Below are positions 1 to 11,256 of a stretch of 64,000 nucleotides of DNA, in pieces. The number at the start of each line of letters is the position of its first letter. Positions within the stretch are counted from its first letter, which is position 1. The notes under the pieces were generated by a model. It ran no database searches, was not told the DNA's origin, and worked only from the letters and a program-made list of their open reading frames with translations. A program made the position numbers and the translations under genes. Origin of the DNA: Anthoceros angustus (lineage: Eukaryota > Plantae > Anthocerotophyta); contig VJWM01000011.1 in the NCBI GenBank assembly GCA_010909165.1, positions 372,001 through 436,000 of the forward strand, read 5' to 3'.

Positions 1-294
1 AATTATGACACGCTTGCGTCCGTAGTTTTTTGGCAAAGTGTACAATTATTTTTTATTTTTAATAAATAATAATAAAATTATAAAATTTGATGAAAATAAA
101 AAGGATTTGATTTTCGCCGAAAAGTGTAGGCCTATAACATTGTTTTCTTGCCCCTTGCAGTCTCGCAATAAAATTTTTGAATTAGATTAAGGTTTGATAA
201 AAATAATAAATAATAAAAATTATTTTTATTTTGACCTGTGTGTTTTAGAATTTGAGAAGTATATCTAAAATTGTATTTTTTTTAATTAATTTAA

Positions 295-576
295 TTATTT
301 TCTAAAGATGCACCCCAGGTTTTCGACACCATGGCCACAAAGGATGTGCTGCCATGGTATGCCCTGAGGATGTAAAATGTGGTGAACAAGATAGATTGAC
401 TGATGGGCATGGATCCAAAACTGATAAGTAATTGGAATAAGACCATCTCTAGAGACATCCCGTAACCCTTGCTCATTCCCAGCGTGCGTGCATGCATAGT
501 GGAGCAGTAAGAAGGTAACCACGCTCGGCTTCACGCCTGCCCTGAGCATCTCCTCAAACCCTAGCAAGCTTCGCAT
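295..576 (-). pseudogene. Degenerate PPR (P2-L2-like) fragment
   Basis: Translation FEEMLRAGVKPSVVTFLLLHYACTHAG and nucleotide blocks (gccacaaaggatgtg, ttttcgacaccatgg) similar to the adjacent PPR units; frameshifted. Confidence 0.65.
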
Positions 577-1014
577 GTGTAAAAGTGCTCGTTCGCACTA
601 AGAATGAATCCAGAACGTAACGATCCACTGTTTCATAGCTAGACCCTGCCTCCCCCCTCCCCCTGAGACCGTTTTACGGCTAGACCCGACTAGGAAGTAG
701 GTTGATTGTCACGGGGCTCCTGCTTGTTCAAACATGCTCTGGACATGGCTGAAAAGTTTCAGGTCCCACACGATTTACTTGTACGGTTCTCATATTGTAC
801 CGATGGGTATTCTTTTCGAGAGTTGCATCGGAAGTCCTGACAGGTAGAAAATGCCATCTATACGTGCCCTCAGCAACATTTCCTTCGTAGGTGTCCGAGG
901 AAATACTTTCTCAGTATCTGATGCAGCCTAACACCGTTTGCTTTTATCATGGTCATGATGAATTATTTTATCCCTTTCTATCACACTTGAGCACTGGCTA
1001 CTCCTTCATTCTTC

Positions 1015-4000
1015 TCACGGTCGACCTTTACAACTGCAAGAACCAGTTGCGAATCGATGCACACGGTACCCATCCCTTACAACAATGTCTCTATGTTCAA
1101 GCTTTGACATGATCTCCGTGGAACTGTGGCAGTCACTGCACATGCGTAGATTCTTCGTGACCACTAGAGGTGTCCCACTTGGAGTGTTCAAGAGACCAAA
1201 CGCCAGAGCTAGCTTCTCAGCATGCCCACAAAGGACATCTTCCTTTTCAATCTCACACACTGGCTTCAACACCAACTTTGTGTGAGGTACGTGGCCTCCT
1301 TCCTGCTTCAGAAGTGCATTTGTGCTCTCTACCTTAAGTGCAACATCCTCTCTTCTTTCTCCCACCAAAAATCTATGTACCTGCTTATTCACCTCAATGG
1401 ACGCCACAGCAGGTTTCTTGTTAGCTCCTGCTATCTTTCTCTGTGTTTCAATCCTCTCTACATCAGTCCACCTACCTGCATCTGCATAGGCATAAGCCAT
1501 GAGCACATATCCCGATGCATGCTGAGGCTCCAGTCTAACAGCGCTTTCAAAACACCGAATCGCCCTCTCTAAATCCCCGTGATTTTTGCAGGAATTCAGC
1601 AAAGACCTCAATCCCACAACATTACCTTGGTCTTCACATGTTAATAGCATGTTCTCAGCCTCATCTAAATGGCCTGCACGCCCAAGAAGATCAATCATGC
1701 AATTGTAATGCTCAACAGTAGGTTTGATGCCATGCTGTTTAGCCATGGACCCAAAGAGCTTACGACCCTCGTCCACCAGTTCCTCATGACTGCATGCTAC
1801 TAAAAGGCAGGTAAAAGTAGCACCATCAGGCTGAATACCTGCAACTAACATCTCCTCAAAACAAGCTAGTGCTCTGTGACCTCATCACAAGTACCATACC
1901 CAGATATCAGGGCATTCCATGTCACCACATCCTTTGTGTTCATGCTGTCAAAACCTGGCGTGCATCTTCCAGTTCACCACATTTTGCATACATGTCCACC
2001 AGGCAGGTGCCCACCAGTTATCCAGCAGTCCTCTTTCACAATCTGAGTGCAGCTGCCTGCCTTCTGTAAGGCACCAGTGCTTGCACAGGCCTTCAGAAGG
2101 CAAGCAAAAGTAACATGGTCAGCCAAATCAGGCCCTGCTCCATTTGTCCATACACAAGCGCCTCTTGGCCAAGTCCTTGCTGTGCATACCCAGCAATCAG
2201 GGTGGTCCATGTCACCACATCTTTGTGGCCAAGCTGTCAAAACCTGGCGTGCATCTTCCAGTTCACCACATTTTGCATACATGTCCACCAGGCAGGTGCC
2301 CACCAGTATCCAGCAGTCCTCTTTCACAATCTGTGAGTGCAGCTGCCTGCCCTTCTGTAAGGCACCAGTGCTTGCACAGGCCTTCAGAAGGCAAGCAAAA
2401 GTAACATGGTCAGCCAAAATGAGGCCCTCCTGCTCCATTTGTCCATACAACAAGCGCCTCTTGGCGAGCCCTTGCTGTGCATACCCAGCAATCAGGGGTC
2501 CATGTCACCACATCCTTTGTGCCAAGCTGTCAAAACCTGGCGTGCATCTTCCAGTTCACCACATTTTGCATACATGTCCACCAGGCAGTTGCCCACCAGT
2601 ATCCAGCAGTCCTCTTTCACAATCTGTGAGTGCAGCTGCCTGCCCTTCTGTAAGGCACCAGTGCTTGCACAGGCCTTCAGAAGGCAAGCAAAAATAACAT
2701 GGTTAGCCAAAATCAGGCCCTCCTGCTCCATTTGTCCATACACACAAGTGCCTGTGAGCCCTTGCTGAGCATACCCAGCAATCAGGCGTCCATGTCACCA
2801 CATCCTTTGTGGCCAAGCTGTCAAAACCTGGCGTGCATCTTCCAGTTCACCACATTTTGCATACATGTCCACCAGGCAGTTGCCCACCAGTATGTCATCC
2901 AGCAGTCCTCTTTCACAATCAGAGTGCAGCTGCCTGCTGTAAGGCACCAGTGCTTGCACAGGCCTTCAGAAGGCAAGCAAAAGTAACATGGTCAGCCAAA
3001 ATGAGGCCCTCCTGCTCCATTTGTCCATACAGAACAAGCGCCTCTGGCCAAGTCCTTGCTGCATACCCAGCAATCAGGGCATTCCATGTCACCACATTCT
3101 TTGTGCCAAGCTGTCAAAACCTGGCGTGCATCTTCCAGTTCACCACATTTTGCATACATGTCCACCAGGCAGTTGCCAACACAACGTTATCCAGCAGTCC
3201 TCTTTCCACAATCTGAGTGCAGCTGCCTGCCCTTCTGTAAGGCACCAGTGCTTGCACAGGCCTTCAGAAGGCAAGCAAAAGTAACATGGTTAGCAGCCAA
3301 AATCAGGCCCTCCTGCTCCATTTGTCCATACACACAAGCGCCTCTGGTTGAGCCCTTGCTGTGCATACCCAGCAATCAGTCCATGTCACCACATCCTTTG
3401 AGGCCATGCTGTCAAAACCTGGCGTGCATCTTCCAGTTCACCACATTTTGCATACATGTCCACCAGGCAGTTGCCACCAGTATGTCATCCAGCAGTCCTC
3501 TTTCACAATCAGAGTGCAGCTGCCTGCCCTTCTGTAAGGCACCAGTGCTTGCACAGGCCTTCAAGCAAAAGTAACATGGTTAGCCAAAATCAGGCCCTCC
3601 TGCTCCATTTGTCCATACAGAACAAGCGCCTCTGGCCAAGTCCTTGCTGTGCATACCCAGCAATCAGGGTTCCATGTCACCACATCCTTTGTGGCCATGC
3701 TGTCAAAACCTGGCGTGCATCTTTCAGTTCCACATTTTGCATACATGTCCACCAGGCAGTGCCAACAAACAAGTTAGGAGGAATGCCACTGTGCAACACA
3801 TCACAGTGCACTTTTCTGCCAGATTCCAAGTCGGCGGCAAATGCACAAGCTTGAAGGGCAGCTACAAAGACGTGAGCATCCGCCTTCACTCCTGACCTAC
3901 GCATCTCATGGTACAGTTGTATGGCCTCATTAGGTTTCCCATGTTTAGCATGTGCAGAGATTATGGAAGACCACATGAAGGCATCTGGTTTGCCACCCTG

Positions 4001-5473
4001 GTGAACACATCCATGGCCTCCTCTAGCCTACCTCCACATGCATACATGCGCCTCTGGCCAAGTCCTTGCTGTGCATACCCAGCAATCAGCCGTCCATGTC
4101 ACCACATCCTTTGAGGCCATGCTGTCAAAACCTGGCGTGCATCTTCCAGTTCACCACATTTTGCATACATGTCCACCAGGCAGTTGCCCACCAGTATGTC
4201 ATCCAGCAGTCCTCTTTCACAATCAGAGTGCAGCTGCCTGCCCTTCTGTAAGGCACCAGTGCTTGCACAGGCCTTCAGAAGGCAAAAGTAACATGGTCAG
4301 CCAAAATGAGGCCCTCCTGCTCCATTTGTCCATACAGAACAAGCGCCTCTGGCCAAGTCCTTGCTGCATACCCAGCAATCAGGGCATTCCATGTCACCAC
4401 ATCCTTTGTGGCCATGCTGTCAAAACCTGGCGTGCATCTTTCAGTTCGCGACATTTTGCATACATGTCCACCAGGCAGTTGCCAACAAACAAGTTAGGAG
4501 GAATGCCACTGTGCAACACATCACAGTGCACTTCTGCCAGATTCCAAGTCGGCGGCAAATGCACAAGCTTGAAGGGCAGCTACAAAGACGTGAGCATCCG
4601 CCTTCACTCCTGACCTACGCATCTCATGGTACAGTTGTATGGCCTCATTAGGTTTCCCATGCTTAGCATGTGCAGAGATTATGGAAGACCACATAAGGCA
4701 TCTGGTTTGCCTACCCTGGTGAACACATCCATGGCCTCCTCTAGCTCACCTCCACATGCATACATGCGCAATATATGGTTCCCCACGTAAGCATTCGATT
4801 CGTACCCAAGTTTGACACTGAGATCATGAACGCGTCGCCCCACAACCAAATCCTTCTTAGCTGTACACAGTTTCAGCACAGTGCCAAACAGGGACTGAGA
4901 AATAGCAGAGTCTGTCTGCGCCAGAGATTCCAAGGCTCCAACGGCCTCTGAAAGCTTCCCCTGCTGACATAACATGCTCACGGTTCCACCCGTTACAACG
5001 TCCATTTCTGATCCAGCAAGCCTTCCAGCTTCAGGCTTATCGAGAAAGCTAGATGAAGGAGAGTCACCATGACCCATCTGCATATCCAAGGAAACAAGCC
5101 TCTCATCAACCCAAGCAGGCTTAAACATGCTGTTTAACCACAGGACCTCGCCGGACCCCTTACGCCGGAAGTCAGGCGAACGGGAGCTCTTCTTGTCTCG
5201 TCTGTTGTCCCACCACATGGTAGGGTCCAGAAAAAATTGTTGCCACAAGTGCTCCTGCTCCTGGCGACGACCATTGCCGACTAACCCGTCCCCATCCACA
5301 CATTCTCTCGGAAGTGGAAGTGCTGGGCTCCTTACACTGCTGCACCTGGAGGATTGGTTGTTTGCCAGGGATTGACTCCCCAAGATGAGGTGAGCGGGAG
5401 CTCCTCGTCGAATCTCTGTGCTCCCACCAATTTGTTGGGTCCACAACGGGTCCGGTTGCCATACTGTGGCCAT
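1015..5473 (-). CDS. PLS-class PPR protein with DYW:KP (GRP-ending) deaminase domain, copy 1; PPR tract frameshifted in this sequence
   Basis: Intact ORF 1015-1851 has E domains, KKPAVASIEV (KP box), HAEKLALAFG, CSDC and terminal SCKGRP. Repeated VTW-ALIAGY / HVTFACLLKAC / DMYAKCGEL motifs at 1900-4480 in shifting frames. N-terminal ORF 4679-5473. A possible upstream targeting exon (~5810-5968) is not resolved. Confidence 0.85.
1900..4480 (-). repeat. Tandem near-identical ~300 bp P-L-S triplet coding units
   Basis: Blocks such as gctgtcaaaacctggcgtgcatcttccagttcaccacattttgcatacatgtccaccaggcag and gtaaggcaccagtgcttgcacaggccttcagaaggcaagcaaaagtaacatgg recur about every 290-300 bp. Confidence 0.9.
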
Positions 5474-5513
5474 CGTTCAGGAACCCCTGACGGAAGATGA
5501 GTCTTAACACCAG

Positions 5514-5730
5514 ACAATGGCAGGATGCCCAGCTGCATACCGTGTGTGACCACATCTTACGGGCGGGCTCAGAAGCTGGAGGTCTTGAATGCAAACAGGA
5601 CTTATGTAAATGCAATATCGACAATAATGGCAGGATGCCCAGCTACATACTGTGTGTGACCACATCATACAGGCGGACTCAGAAGCTGGAGGTCTTGAAT
5701 GCAAACAGGGCTTGTGTAAATGCAACATGC
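5514..5730. repeat. Tandem duplication, ~107 bp unit x2
   Basis: acaatggcaggatgcccagct...tcagaagctggaggtcttgaatgcaaacagg starts at 5514 and again at 5621. Confidence 0.85.
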
Positions 5731-6759
5731 AACTACCGTACACGAAAAAATAATACCCGACTTTTGTATATTCACACCTACATGTAAAATAATGTCGAGG
5801 ACACATTGTACCTGACATGTGAAATTTGAACAGACGTGGGACAAACATCAGTCCAGAAGGCCAACATCTTCGAAGTATGCGAATCTGAAAAAGCTTTTCA
5901 TTTCTCACACCTCTCATATCACCGAGCGTAGATGTCAAGCCAATGCTACTTGAAGCAATAGTGCGCATAATGCGGCATGTACTTCAATCCATGGGCTCTA
6001 AACAGGACTCAAAGGACAATCTAAGGTGACTAAGGCGGCCAAGTGCCCTGTTGCAGAAGTCCGGGGTGCGACAGTATTGACAGATCTGGGAAGGGGGCAC
6101 TAATTGATCAGATGTTCTTTACTGTGTATGGTGTGTACTAGCTTTATGGTTGAAGAATCCCAAATATTCACCTGCAATAGCAAGGATCAGGTTAAATCTG
6201 ATCAAGACGAGTCCAATAATCAGCAACCTAAATGTTTCACACATCCACCAACTCAGTGCACACCTCCTTTTATCTACACAATTCGATGGTCCAAAAGGTG
6301 CTACACTAAACATGGACAAGCAGGACACCGAGGTTACCACAAAAGTCTCCAGAAGAGAATGGACGACAGCAAGCTGCCTGACTTGAGACCTGGGCCCTGG
6401 CTGTCAGGCCAATTTGACACCACCACTAGCAGTGAGGCTTGTATCTCACATAAAGCCTTGCAGGGTCCTGACCGATGAAAGCTCCTGTCTCCAAATTTGG
6501 GGCCTGTTGAGAAGCGTGTCGGTTTGCTGATCCAAACCTTGATTAGGAAGCAAACTGTCATGACATAGGAACCGGCTTCACTTTCACTTCAACCAATATT
6601 GGCGTAACGCTAAGTCGACAAGCAGCTACATGCAGATCTCATTTCCAGATTGCATGACAAATAGCTGCGGCAGATTATACCTGAGATAAGGATTTTTCAA
6701 CTTTCAGGCGTCCACAAGCAAGTGCCCACGGCCTTTCTTTTTTATGTGTCCCCTTTCAC

Positions 6760-6960
6760 AATCGGAGAGTGCAGCTGCTTGGCACTCTGTCAGGCACAAG
6801 CACTTGCACACGCCATCAGAAGGCAAGAAAAAGTAATGCCGACAGCCACAACGAGGCCCTCCTGCTCCAGTTTTTCATACACAAATGCCTCTTGGCCGGG
6901 CCCAAAATCTGCTTACCCAGATATGCATAGGGTGGGCATGTTACCCAGATATGCCAAGGG
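6760..6960 (-). pseudogene. Degenerate PPR (L/P motif) relic
   Basis: gagtgcagctgcttggcactctgtcaggcacaagcacttgcacacgccatcagaaggcaag is a diverged version of the L-motif block of the flanking PPR genes. Confidence 0.6.
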
Positions 6961-7235
6961 GCGGGCGTGTTACCAGTAGTGGCAAACAGTCAAATATCCG
7001 GCATCTTACCGTTCGCTACATTTTGCCAATACACATGAGTTTATTGTACACGAGATCATGGCATTGGAGAATCATTGGACAGCTGATCCCGCCACCCTAA
7101 GCAACACCCTAACAGATGTGTGCGAGAAATGGAGTACCTTGATTGTGGAAAGCCTTGCCTCTGATCCGGTTGGACAAGCACATTCACCCGAGAAAGAAAG
7201 CAATTTTCTCTGGCTTTCACACTTCTTCATTCTTC

Positions 7236-10200
7236 TCATGGTCGACCCTTACAACTGCAAGAACCGGCCGTGAATCGATGCACACGATACCCATCTCTTA
7301 CAACAATGTCTCTCTGTTCAAGCTTTGACATGATCTCCGTGGAACTGTGGCAGTCACCACACATGCGTAGATTCTTCGTTACCACCAGAGGTGTTCCACT
7401 CGGAGTGTTCAAGAGACCAAACGCCAGAGCTAGCTTCTCAGCATGCCCACAAAGCACATCTTCCTTTTCCTTTTCACAAACTGGCTTCAATACCAACTTT
7501 GTGTGAGGTATGTGGCCTCCTTCCTGCTTCAGACGTGCATTCATGCTCTCTACCTTAAGCGCAATATCCTCCCTTCTTTCTCCCACCAAAAATCTATGTA
7601 CCTGCTTGTTCACCTCAATGGTCGCCACAGCAGGTTTCTTGTTAGCTCCTGCTATCATTCTCTGTGATTCAATCCTGTCTACATCAGCCCACCTACCAGC
7701 ATCTGCGTAGGCATTGGCCATGAGCACATATGCAGCCGCCCGCTGAGGTTCCAGTCTAACAAGGCTTTCAAAACACCGCATTGCCCTCTCAATATCCCCG
7801 TGACTTTTGCACGCATTCAGCATAGATGTCAATCCCACAACATTACTTTGGCCCTTGCATGAGAATAGCATGTTCTCTGCCTCATCTAAATGGCCTGCAC
7901 GACCAAGAAGATCAATCATGCAATTGTAATGCTCAGTAGAGGGTTTGATGCCATGCTGTTCAGCGATGGACCCAAAGACCTTACGACCCTCATCCACCAG
8001 TCCCTCATGACTGCATGCTACTAGTAGGCAAGTGAAAGTAGCACCATCAGGCCGCATACCAGCAACTAACATCTCCTCAAAACAAGCTAGTGCTTTGTGA
8101 CCATCATCACAAGTACCATACCCAGATATCAGGGCATTCCATGTCACCACATCCTTTGTGGCCATGCTGTCAAAAACCTGACGTGCATCTTTCAGTTCAC
8201 CACATTTTGCATACATGTCCACCAGGCAGTTGCCCAACACTACATTATCCAACAGTCCTCTTTCAACAATATGCGAGTGCAGCTGCCTGCCCTTCTGCAA
8301 GGCACCAGTGCTTGCACAGGCCTTAAGAAGGCAAGCAAAAGTAACATGGTTAGCCAAACTCAGGCCCTCCTGCTCCATTTGTCCATACAGAACAAGTGCC
8401 TCTTGGCCAAGCCCTTGCTCGGCATACCCAGCTATCAGGGCATTCCATGTCACCACATTCTTTGCGTTCATGCTGTCAAAAACCCGGTGTGCATCTTTCA
8501 GTTCACCACATTTTGAATACATGTCCACCAGGCAGGTGCCCAACAGTACATTACCCAGCACTCCTCTTTTGACAATCAGTGAGTGCAGCTGCCTGCCCTT
8601 CTGCAAGGCACCAGTGCTTGCACAGGCCTTCAGAAGGCAAGCAAAAGTAACATCATTAGCCAAAATGAGGCCCTCCTGCTCCATTTGTCCATACACAACA
8701 AGTGCCTCTTGGCCGAGCCCTTGCTCGGCATACCCGGCTATCAGGGCGGTCCATGTCACCACATTCTTTCTTTCCAAGCTGTCAAAAACCTGGCGGGCAT
8801 CTTCCAGTTCACCACATTTTGCGTACATGTCCACCAGGCAGGTGCCCACCACTGCGTTATCCATAAGTCCTCTTTCAACAATTCGTGAGTGCAGCTGCCT
8901 GCCCTTCTGTAAGGCACCAGTGCTTGCACAGGCCTTTAGAAGGCAAGCAAAAGTAACATGGTTAGCCAAAATCAGGCCTTCCTGCTCCATTTGTCCATAC
9001 ACAACAAGCGCCTCTTGGCCGAGTCCTTGCTGTGCATACCCAGCAATCAGGGCATTCCATGTCACCACATCCTTTGTGGCCATGCTGTCAAAACCTGGCG
9101 TGCATCTTCCAGTTCACCACATTTTGCATACATGTCCACCAGGCAGGTGCCCAACAGTACATTACCCAGCACTCCTCTTTTGACAATCAGTGAGTGCAGC
9201 TGCCCTTCTGTAAGGCACCAGTGCTTGCACAGGCCTTCAGAAGGCAAGCAAAAGTAACATCATTAGCCAAAATCAGGCCCTCCTGCTCCATTTGTCCATA
9301 CAAGCGCCTCTTGGCGAGCCCTTGCTGTGCATACCCAGCAATCAGGGTCCATGTCACCACATCCTTTGTGGCCATGCTGTCAAAACCTGGCGGGCATCTT
9401 CCAGTTCACCACATTTTGCGTACATGTCCACCAGGCAGGTGCCCACCACTGCGTTATCCATAAGTCCTCTTTCAACAATTCGTGAGTGCAGCTGCCTGCC
9501 CTTCTGTAAGGCGCCAGTGCTTGCACAGGCCTTTAGAAGGCAAGTAAAAGTTACATGGTTAGCCAATATCAGGCCTTCCCGCTCCATTAGTCCATACACA
9601 ACAAGTGCCTCATGTCCGAGACCTTGTTGGGAATACCCAGCAATCAGCACGGTCCATGTCACCACATCCTTTTCGGCCATGCTGTCAAAAACCCGGCGTG
9701 CATCTTTCATTTCGCCACATTTTGCATACATGTCCACTAGGCAGTTGCCAACAAACAAGTTAGTAGGAATACCACTCTGCACTACATCACAGTGCACTTT
9801 TCTGCCGGCTTCCAAGTCGGCGGCTAATGCACAAGCTTGAAGGGCAGCTACAAAGACGTGAGCATCCGCCTTCACTCCTGACCTACGCATCTCATGGTAC
9901 AGTTGTACGGCCTCGTTAGGTTTCTCATGTTTGGCGTATGCGGAGATTATGGAAGACCACATGAAGGCATCTGGCTTGCCCACCCTGGTGAGCACATCCA
10001 TGGCCTCCTCTAGCCTGCCTCCACATGCATACATGCGCAAGATATGGTTCCCCAGGTATGCATTTGTCTCGTACCCAAGTTTGACAGCTATATCATGAAC
10101 TCGTCGCCCTATAACCAAATCCTTCTTAGCTGTACACAGTTTCAGCACAGTGCAAAACAGAGACTGAGAAATAGCAGATTCTGCCTGAGCCAGAGCTTCC

Positions 10201-10733
10201 AGGGCTCCAACGGCCTCAGAAAGCCTCCCCTGCTGACATAACATGCTCACGGTTCCAGCAGTTACCACGTCCACTTCCCATCCTGCACGCCCCCCAGGAG
10301 AGCTCGACTTGGAAGGAGAGGCACCACGACCCATCTGCACATCCAAGGAAATCAGCTGCTCATCAACCCCAGCTCGCTTGAACTTGTTTAACCACAGGAC
10401 CTCGCCGGACCCCTTACGCCGGAAGTCAGGCGAGGGGGAGCGCTTCTTATCTCGTCTGTTGTCCCACCACAAGGTAGGATCCCGGAAAAATTGTGGCCAC
10501 AAGTACTCCTGCTCCTGGCGACGACCATAGTTGGAAAACCCGTCCCCACCCACACATTTTCTCCCAAGTGAAAGTGCTGGGCTCCTTACACTGCTGCACT
10601 TGGAGACATGGTTGTTTGCCAGAGGTTGACTCCCTGAGGTGAGGTGAGCGGGAGCGGGAGCTCCTCGTATAATCCCTATACACACAGCAAATTGTTGAGT
10701 CCACAACGGGTCTGGTTGCCATGCTGTGGCCAT
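7236..10733 (-). CDS. PLS-class PPR protein with DYW:KP (GRP-ending) deaminase domain, copy 2
   Basis: ORF 7236-9083 (615 aa): P-L-S triplets, P2-L2-S2, E1/E2, KKPAVATIEV, HAEKLALAFG, CGDC, SCKGRP. ORF 9354-10733 supplies the N-terminus and first PPRs. A frameshifted triplet at ~9083-9360 joins them. Confidence 0.92.
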
Positions 10734-11256
10734 CCTTCAGGGACCGCTACCGGAAGATGAGCCTAACAACATAGTGTGGCAGGGTGCCCATGTACATAGA
10801 CTACTGTCCATAACCAAATGATACGTGGGCTGGCTCCGATGAGCCCGAACCCGGAGGCAGCCGCTTTCACTCCATACCGGTAGCCATCCAACATGTAGAC
10901 CCATCTTCTATATCCATCAAATGGGTATACATACAGGTTGGATTGTTCGGGAAGGAAGGCCACGTCACCATCTGTAGATCCATGTTTGAGTCCCCTTTGC
11001 GGGAGTTGGCTCCGTGTGCACGTGATCCCAAACACTGAAGGTTTTTATTTTATTGCAAACGTCATGGGACGACAAGGCTGGGTAAGAATCATCCCCAGCA
11101 TCAAATGTCTACGGGCTAAGGTAGTGACAGGCGCGTCCACAATGGTGGTAAGGACGTTGTCGTATATAAGTAACACTAATGTACCTATTCACAGCCACAG
11201 GCCAGTCGAATCGCAAGGCTTGGTTGGTGCATGTTCCTAGAATCTCGAAACAAATC

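Noticed and set aside
1869-9840. Many plus-strand ORFs (e.g. 8215-9183, 2047-2697)
   Set aside because: Antisense shadows of the repetitive PPR coding units.
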